The position numbers were made by a program, and so were the translations under genes. The notes under the pieces are model-generated. The model was given only the letters and a program-made list of their open reading frames with translations. It made no database searches and was not told the DNA's origin. From a bacterium (lineage in GTDB: Bacteria > Patescibacteriota > Minisyncoccia > Phycocordibacterales > JABMNX01): DNA of 61,912 nt. The DNA lies in assembly GCA_002687905.1 (NCBI GenBank), contig NZBM01000008.1:1-61912 (forward strand). The letters run 5' to 3'. Shown one piece after another: positions 57,465-61,912 of this stretch. How positions within the stretch are numbered: position 1 is the stretch's first letter; every line of letters starts with the position of its first letter.

Positions 57465-57530
57465 ATGAAAGAGCTTTCTGGAAAGGCCGACGGAGGTGAC
57501 GTAAAAAAAGTGGTAGAGCCACTTTTTTAA
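57465..57530 (+). pseudogene. displaced duplicate of the YqeY C-terminus (22 codons)
   Basis: MKELSGKADGGDVKKVVEPLF versus the gene end MSELKGKADGNSVKAVIESMF (13/21 identical); in frame with yqeY across a single TGA. Confidence 0.6.
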
Positions 57531-57550
57531 GTCCAAAACATTAATATATA

Positions 57551-57586
57551 AGCCAAAATTTGCGACCCAACCGGCTGGGTCGCAAA
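57551..57586. repeat. palindromic box family 1, copy 3
   Basis: AGCCAAAATTTGCGACCCAACCGGCTGGGTCGCAAA; 15-bp perfect stem. Confidence 0.85.
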
Positions 57587-57592
57587 TTTTCA

Positions 57593-57621
57593 TTGACAAA
57601 ATACCATTTTCTTGCTATAAA
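57593..57621 (+). promoter_or_regulatory. near-consensus sigma-70 promoter (TTGACA-17 nt-TATAAA)
   Basis: Hexamers and spacing counted directly. Confidence 0.6.
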
Positions 57622-57647
57622 TTAACCAGCAAAACGGAGGTACCTGA

Positions 57648-57893
57648 ATGGATAGGGTATTGGAAGCTGATGCTTCCAGAGTCACCATACAGCCAGATGG
57701 CTTCTGTGGCAGTATAACGTTCGTGTGCAAAGCTCCAGGCGATGAACTTCCCAACTGGGACAACGTCAACTGGTCAGCGCGCGATGATGGTCTCAACCTT
57801 AGCAAAGGGCAGTGGCAACGAATAAAGCGAAAAGCTGTTGCAGTGTTTCGCGACAAGCGAGGCTTCCGAAGACATAGCCGTCGACCCTTATGA
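57648..57893 (+). CDS. hypothetical 81-aa protein in a GC-rich cassette
   Basis: GGAGG 7 nt upstream of the ATG; own promoter and terminator; no motif recognised. Confidence 0.45.
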   Translation: MDRVLEADASRVTIQPDGFCGSITFVCKAPGDELPNWDNVNWSARDDGLNLSKGQWQRIKRKAVAVFRDKRGFRRHSRRPL

Positions 57894-57964
57894 CCACGCT
57901 GAGAAGAAAATGAGGTAAGCAGGACAAGGGAGGGTCCTGCTAGCCTCATAATCACAATTCACAC

Positions 57965-57989
57965 AAAAACCGCCGGAAGGCGTTTTTTT
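57965..57989 (+). terminator. terminator hairpin with flanking A- and T-runs
   Basis: AAAAACCGCC-GGAA-GGCGTTTTTTT. Confidence 0.55.
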
Positions 57990-58004
57990 ATTTCTAAAAC
58001 AACA

Positions 58005-58042
58005 ATTCTCCAGTTTTGCACCATGGTGCAAAACTGGAGAAT
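58005..58042. repeat. perfect 38-nt palindrome ATTCTCCA-N8-CCATGG-N8-TGGAGAAT (family 2, copy 2)
   Basis: Self-complementary; same outer arms and centre as 18716-18757; lies downstream of the truB stop. Confidence 0.9.
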
Positions 58043-58069
58043 GGTAAATATTATAAATTCTGCTTTTAA

Positions 58070-58720
58070 TTATATGCTTCTCGCGTCCTCTATTTTAAAG
58101 TTTCCTATACTTATGCGTCTAAGCTCAGCCACCGTGGCAGGATGTCCCAATCGTTTTCCAAATTCCTCTGCTAATGATCGTATATAGGTACCACTACTTA
58201 CATTAAATTCTACTTTAACTACCGCTCTCTTTTTTTCCAAATCATACGATATATCGTATGATTTTGCGCTATAGACAATCATCTTCCTTTCCGATGGTTT
58301 AAACTCTTCTCCTCGCCTAGCTTTTTTGTAAAGTGGTTCCCCTCTTTCCTTTATTGCAGAGTATCTCGGTACCGGCAAAGTTAGCCCCCCTACCATTTCT
58401 TGAAGCATGTTTTTAACTTTACTCACATCTAACTCATTGACTTCACTCTCCTCTATTATCTTCCCTTCTAAATCCCCTGTGTCTCTTTTTTCACCAACTA
58501 AAATATCTACTAGGTAAACTTTATCTAGTTTTAAGTATTCATTTAGCTTTTTAGTTCCCTCCCCAACCCCGACTATTAAAAGCCCTGTAGCAAGAGGGTC
58601 AAGCGTGCCAGCGTGGCCGATTTTCTTAATCCCAAGTTCTTTTCTAAGTTCTCGTATTACATCAAAGGAAGTAATCCCTTTGGGTTTGTCTATGAGAATA
58701 ATATTCTCATTAAGCGACAT
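58070..58720 (-). CDS. truB: tRNA pseudouridine(55) synthase TruB (short)
   Basis: IDKPKGITSFDV...GHAGTLDPLATGLL catalytic Asp motif. Confidence 0.9.
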   Translation of the reverse strand: MSLNENIILIDKPKGITSFDVIRELRKELGIKKIGHAGTLDPLATGLLIVGVGEGTKKLNEYLKLDKVYLVDILVGEKRDTGDLEGKIIEESEVNELDVSKVKNMLQEMVGGLTLPVPRYSAIKERGEPLYKKARRGEEFKPSERKMIVYSAKSYDISYDLEKKRAVVKVEFNVSSGTYIRSLAEEFGKRLGHPATVAELRRISIGNFKIEDARSI

Positions 58721-58970
58721 GGATTTGCCTATTTAAAAGAGTTACAAGAAGAGCCGCTACAGCTGCAGCAACAAAAGCTATTTTAATCGAGCCAAAAGAT
58801 ACAAAGATTACAACGAGTCCGAGTATTAAAACCCTTCCTACTCCAAGAGCCATTTCGCGAAGCGTCGTAAATTCATCTATATAGTGACTATTGTCAGCAG
58901 AATGGTCATACATATTTGCATTAAGAGAGAGCATAGAAAAAGATTGGAAGAAAAACACTAACAATACCAA
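58710..58970 (-). CDS. small hydrophobic protein, doubtful
   Basis: ORF track only; TTG start; the true start could be an internal ATG. Confidence 0.3.
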   Translation of the reverse strand: MVLLVFFFQSFSMLSLNANMYDHSADNSHYIDEFTTLREMALGVGRVLILGLVVIFVSFGSIKIAFVAAAVAALLVTLLNRQIHVA

Positions 58971-59126
58971 AAGCTATCTGCATTGCTAATCGGTTAAGAT
59001 ATAGAACTTTAGTATTGTGTGAAAAACTGATTCCTTTGAAATCTTTTACTGAAAGGCGCATCTACAAATTATATCAAACAACAGCGCCACGTTTGCCGCT
59101 TGATTCACAATTAAAGCTAAATGAAT

Positions 59127-59166
59127 CAATACTATAAACTTCGTCATGACGAAGATTATAGTATTG
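59127..59166. terminator. 40-nt near-perfect palindrome downstream of the antiporter gene
   Basis: CAATACTATAA-A-CTTCGTCATGACGAAG-A-TTATAGTATTG (one A-A mismatch); ATGAAT at 59121-59126 and 59171-59176. Confidence 0.5.
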
Positions 59167-59187
59167 AATTATGAATTTCCTTTTCTA

Positions 59188-60144
59188 TTAACCGCGGATT
59201 ATTAAGAAAACAAAGTAGGCTACATAAGCGAGCATTAAAAGAAGGCCCTCTGCGCGCGAGATATGGTATTTCTTACCAATCAAGACCGCTACCGTGGTAA
59301 ATATTAGCGCCGCAAGAAGTGACGCAAAAATATCAAAGCGAAGCTCTGGGGCTACTACTATTGGTTTTATTAAAGCTGTTGTTCCTAACACCCCAAAAAG
59401 TCCGAATATATTTGAGCCAATAATATTTCCTATAGCTAGTCCTGGCTGTTTTTTTATTGCCGCTACAATTGATACTGTAAACTCAGGCACGGAAGTTCCA
59501 ATAGCAACCAGTGTAAATCCTACAAAAGCGGGACTTAGGCGAAGAAGTTCTGCAATAGTAATGGCTCCATCAACTACAAAACGCCCTCCAATAAATACCC
59601 CAATAAATCCAAGCATGATCAGAACTATAGAGTTAAATATTGTGAAAACTCTGTAAGCTGTCTCATCTCCGTCAGCATTTCTTCTATTCAGCATAAACAC
59701 AAACCAGAAGATAAGGAGTGTGACTAGTACCGCTCCTTCAGGTCTTGATATTCCATTTGTTGCAGTTCCAAAAAATGGAATAAGAATAGCCGCAGACGCA
59801 GTTAGCACTACTACGAGGTTTAGTGGCACATCGCGCATTATCCAGCCCTGTTTAAGCGCAAGAGGTGTAATAACTGAAATAAAGCCGAGCAAGAAAAGAG
59901 TGTTAAAAGTATGGCTTCCAATGATAGTAGCAAGCCCTATATTATGGCCGTTAAATACCGAAGCTACGTTAATAGCAAATTCTGGAAGTGAAGTTCCTAT
60001 TCCCACTACCACAGCCCCTATAAACCACGTTGAGACCCCGAGAAGCTTTGCAATTGAGGCAGATCCATTTACTAAAATTTGCGCTCCTTTTACAAGAACA
60101 TAAAAACCCACTGCAAAGAGTGAGACTGAAATAAGCGTTTCCAT
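59188..60144 (-). CDS. CaCA family sodium/calcium antiporter (YrbG-like)
   Basis: Two alpha-repeat regions (GTSLPEF and GTSVPEF), about 10 TM helices. Confidence 0.85.
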   Translation of the reverse strand: METLISVSLFAVGFYVLVKGAQILVNGSASIAKLLGVSTWFIGAVVVGIGTSLPEFAINVASVFNGHNIGLATIIGSHTFNTLFLLGFISVITPLALKQGWIMRDVPLNLVVVLTASAAILIPFFGTATNGISRPEGAVLVTLLIFWFVFMLNRRNADGDETAYRVFTIFNSIVLIMLGFIGVFIGGRFVVDGAITIAELLRLSPAFVGFTLVAIGTSVPEFTVSIVAAIKKQPGLAIGNIIGSNIFGLFGVLGTTALIKPIVVAPELRFDIFASLLAALIFTTVAVLIGKKYHISRAEGLLLMLAYVAYFVFLIIRG

Positions 60145-60171
60145 TAAGAAATATTATCTCATAAAAACCGA

Positions 60172-60201
60172 AACGCCGCGGGCTTCAAACTCCGCGGCGT
60201 T
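60172..60201. other. GC-rich 10-bp hairpin in the antiporter/tRNA intergenic region
   Basis: AACGCCGCGG-10 nt-CCGCGGCGTT. Confidence 0.6.
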
Positions 60202-60209
60202 ACTCTTTA

Positions 60210-60238
60210 TGGTCATTTCCCGAAAGTCGTTATATAAT
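60210..60238 (+). promoter_or_regulatory. putative tRNA-Glu promoter (TGGTCA-17 nt-TATAAT)
   Basis: Consensus -10 hexamer 20 nt upstream of the tRNA 5-prime end; weak -35. Confidence 0.45.
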
Positions 60239-60246
60239 TCCCGCAC

Positions 60247-61803
60247 TTAAATATAGACGGCCCTATCGTCTAACGGTTTAGGACACCACCCTCTCACGGT
60301 GGAAATCGGGGTTCGATTCCCCGTAGGGTCACAATTTAGAACTTTTCCCAACGCGCGTCGCTCCGCGACGAATTCAGACAGAACTGGCGCGCCGAAGCGC
60401 GCGGATTTGTCACGAACCGTAGGGTTCGTTCCAACTTTTTTAATGAAGGAGCTGATTTCGTATAAATCTTGCGAGAAGCTCAAAAATTGGGCTTGTTTCG
60501 TATCTAAAATCCATTCCCGCAGGGGTTCGACCCAATTATTTCCCACACATTCAAAATCTTTCCTTTTCTCCTGCAAAGTAAGCGATTCTCTCATAAGCTT
60601 GTCTTTCTTGGCGAGGTAAATATCTTTAGGAACATCACCATCAATAAAAGCCGAGACAAGACGGTCAAGCTTCTCCTCGCTTGCTTTGATTTTGTTTGTA
60701 AGATTTTGAAGCGTACTTTGCGATGAGTGACTTTCTTCTTTCTCCCATGTATCAACTTGTTTGAGCATTTCATCAGTCACATCATCGGAAAGCGAAATTG
60801 TTTGCAGTCGTTCCTTTACCTCTGCGACAAGAGACTCTTCACGCAAATATCCTTGGGAACATATTCCTTTCTTTTTCGTACATCGATAGTAGCGATATCT
60901 GCCACCGCACTTTCCTGTCGCCCACTGCGCAGTGATCATACTCCCGCACTCGCCGCAACGAAAAAGCCCAACAAACGGAAAGTTGTGCGCGGTCTTGGTT
61001 TTGCGCGGGCGCTCTCGCGTCGCAAGGACTTTCTGCACGGCTTCAAACAATTTCGGGGAAATAATTGGCGCAAAGCTTCCGTCAAACCATTCCTCCTTAT
61101 GCTTCACAAAACCTAGATACGCTCTGTTTGTAAGCAGTCGTTTGATGGAAGCTTTGCCAAGTGGCGCACCTTTGGAAGTAGTTACTCCGTGGAGCGCCAA
61201 AAAGTCGGCGAGAGATTCGTATGAATATGTTCCTTTTGCATACTCACGAAAAGCGCGAGCAATAATTTTAGAATGAGTCGGATGCGGTTCGATATTGCGA
61301 GTCTTTGGATTGTTCACATAACCAAAAGGTGCTTTCGTGAGCCACTCACCTCGCCGTACTTTTTGGCGCATACCTCGCTTGGTATTTTCTACCAAATTAT
61401 CGGAGTAATACTTCGATTGACCGAACGCCACTTGAAGCATAAAGAGTCCCTGCGGGGTAGGTTCAAACCAAAAAGTCGGAAAACGCAAAGACGTAATTTT
61501 CTTTTGATCGACAAGATAAATGATGCGACCACCATCTACACTATTTCGCGCGAGTCTATCTGGATGCCATGCGAGAATACCCGCATTCTCCATTTCCTCA
61601 ATCTTCGCCATCATTTTATTAAACACACTTCTCCCCGGAGTCTTTGCGCTTTTCGACTCTTGAAATGTCTCAACAATTTCAAGATTTTCTTTGCGAGCAA
61701 ATTCACGAAGCTCAAAGAGTTGCGCTTCAATACTCATGACTTGTTTGTCATCATCCTCCGTACTCTTGCGAGCATAAAGAAAATATTTTGGTTTGATGTT
61801 CAT
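60247..61803 (-). CDS. large serine recombinase (resolvase catalytic domain + recombinase domain + zinc ribbon + coiled coil)
   Basis: YARKSTEDDDKQVMSIEAQ catalytic Ser region, HPDRLARN, CGECGS...YYRC zinc ribbon. The last ~85 codons are encoded by IR-related sequence and the antisense tRNA. Confidence 0.9.
   Translation of the reverse strand: MNIKPKYFLYARKSTEDDDKQVMSIEAQLFELREFARKENLEIVETFQESKSAKTPGRSVFNKMMAKIEEMENAGILAWHPDRLARNSVDGGRIIYLVDQKKITSLRFPTFWFEPTPQGLFMLQVAFGQSKYYSDNLVENTKRGMRQKVRRGEWLTKAPFGYVNNPKTRNIEPHPTHSKIIARAFREYAKGTYSYESLADFLALHGVTTSKGAPLGKASIKRLLTNRAYLGFVKHKEEWFDGSFAPIISPKLFEAVQKVLATRERPRKTKTAHNFPFVGLFRCGECGSMITAQWATGKCGGRYRYYRCTKKKGICSQGYLREESLVAEVKERLQTISLSDDVTDEMLKQVDTWEKEESHSSQSTLQNLTNKIKASEEKLDRLVSAFIDGDVPKDIYLAKKDKLMRESLTLQEKRKDFECVGNNWVEPLREWILDTKQAQFLSFSQDLYEISSFIKKVGTNPTVRDKSARFGAPVLSEFVAERRALGKVLNCDPTGNRTPISTVRGWCPKPLDDRAVYI
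60259..60331 (+). tRNA. tRNA-Glu (anticodon CUC), no encoded CCA
   Basis: Hand-folded cloverleaf: acceptor GGCCCTA/TAGGGTC (one G-U), anticodon stem CCACC/GGTGG with loop CTCTCAC, T arm CGGGG-TTCGATT-CCCCG. Close resemblance to canonical tRNA-Glu. Confidence 0.85.
60329..60411. repeat. inverted repeat, left copy (IR-L, 83 bp)
   Basis: Exact reverse complement of 61828-61910 (checked base by base); starts in the last 3 nt of tRNA-Glu. Confidence 0.95.
60492..60509. repeat. inverted repeat extension, left copy (18 bp)
   Basis: CTTGTTTCGTATCTAAAA = reverse complement of 61809-61826. Confidence 0.9.
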
Positions 61804-61808
61804 ATAGC

Positions 61809-61910
61809 TTTTAGATACGAAACAAGAGACAAATCCGCGCGCTTCGGCGCGCCAGTTCTGTCTGAATTCGTCGCGGAGCGACGCGCGTTGGGAAAAGTTC
61901 TAAATTGTGA
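61809..61910. repeat. inverted repeat, right copy (18 + 1 + 83 bp, contiguous)
   Basis: Lies 5 nt upstream of the recombinase start codon; ends 2 nt before the window edge. Confidence 0.95.
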
Positions 61911-61912
61911 AG

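Larger units (their letters stand above)
60329..61910 (-). mobile_element. IR-bounded serine-recombinase module (candidate invertible segment or IS-like element)
   Basis: A single recombinase gene enclosed by long perfect inverted repeats next to a tRNA gene; the mechanism is not established. Confidence 0.5.

Noticed and set aside
57590-57955. 121-aa minus-strand ORF opposite the 81-aa cassette ORF
   Set aside because: The promoter, SD and terminator all point to the plus strand. The minus-strand frame is open only because the region is GC-rich.
1-61912. CRISPR array, rRNA genes, additional tRNAs
   Set aside because: No regularly spaced direct repeats were seen. No rRNA-like conserved stretches were seen. 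The only other T-loop-like strings (GGGTTCGTTCC at 60421, GGGGTTCGACCC at 60521) lack the remaining cloverleaf arms.
61828-61912. Right-hand inverted repeat as a simple fold-back artefact at a contig end
   Set aside because: Not fully excluded. A fold-back artefact would mirror the immediately adjacent sequence. Here the partner lies 1.4 kb away, and the intervening DNA is a coherent recombinase gene whose leader and 3-prime end fit the repeats. It is kept as a finding with this caveat.

Overview
A 61.9-kb, AT-rich, very gene-dense bacterial chromosome segment. The gene content looks like a Candidate Phyla Radiation / Patescibacteria (Parcubacteria-like) genome. This is inferred from short aaRS variants, an archaeal-type AspRS, a DUF5671-like membrane protein, a sunset-domain protein, a HARE-HTH sigma-like protein, many ATGA start/stop overlaps and little Shine-Dalgarno use. 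About 70 CDS are almost all housekeeping. They include infA-rpmJ-rpsM-rpsK-rpsD-rpoA-rplQ-rplM-rpsI, grpE-dnaK-dnaJ and seven aaRS (leuS, alaS, trpS, aspS, gltX, cysS). They also include the cell-envelope block dac-mraY-ftsW-murG, scpAB, dnaB-recR, rmuC, truB, mnmA, ychF, a small DNA-repair/nuclease cluster and Ca/Mg transporters. There is one tRNA (Glu-CUC), no rRNA and no CRISPR array. (1) The strongest signal is at the right edge. A large serine recombinase gene is bracketed by a perfect 83-bp GC-rich inverted repeat (101 bp composite). The repeat starts inside the last 3 nt of tRNA-Glu, and the recombinase ORF runs through one repeat copy and antisense across the tRNA. This is a candidate invertible or IS-like module of a non-standard type. 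(2) A family of small inverted-repeat elements (termini YCCCRTTAGAG / CTCTAAYGGG) sits exactly on ATGAA start/stop junctions at infA-rpmJ and mraY-ftsW. Minimal copies lie next to a duplicated YqeY C-terminus and a duplicated leuS start. (3) Several compact GC-rich intergenic islands occur in the AT-rich background. Two are led by the same 36-nt palindromic box plus a near-consensus promoter; one looks like a ~235-nt ncRNA and one carries an 81-aa ORF with a strong SD. (4) Two further palindromic repeat families show compensatory stem changes. All functional names come from reading motifs in the translated ORFs; no database search was run.
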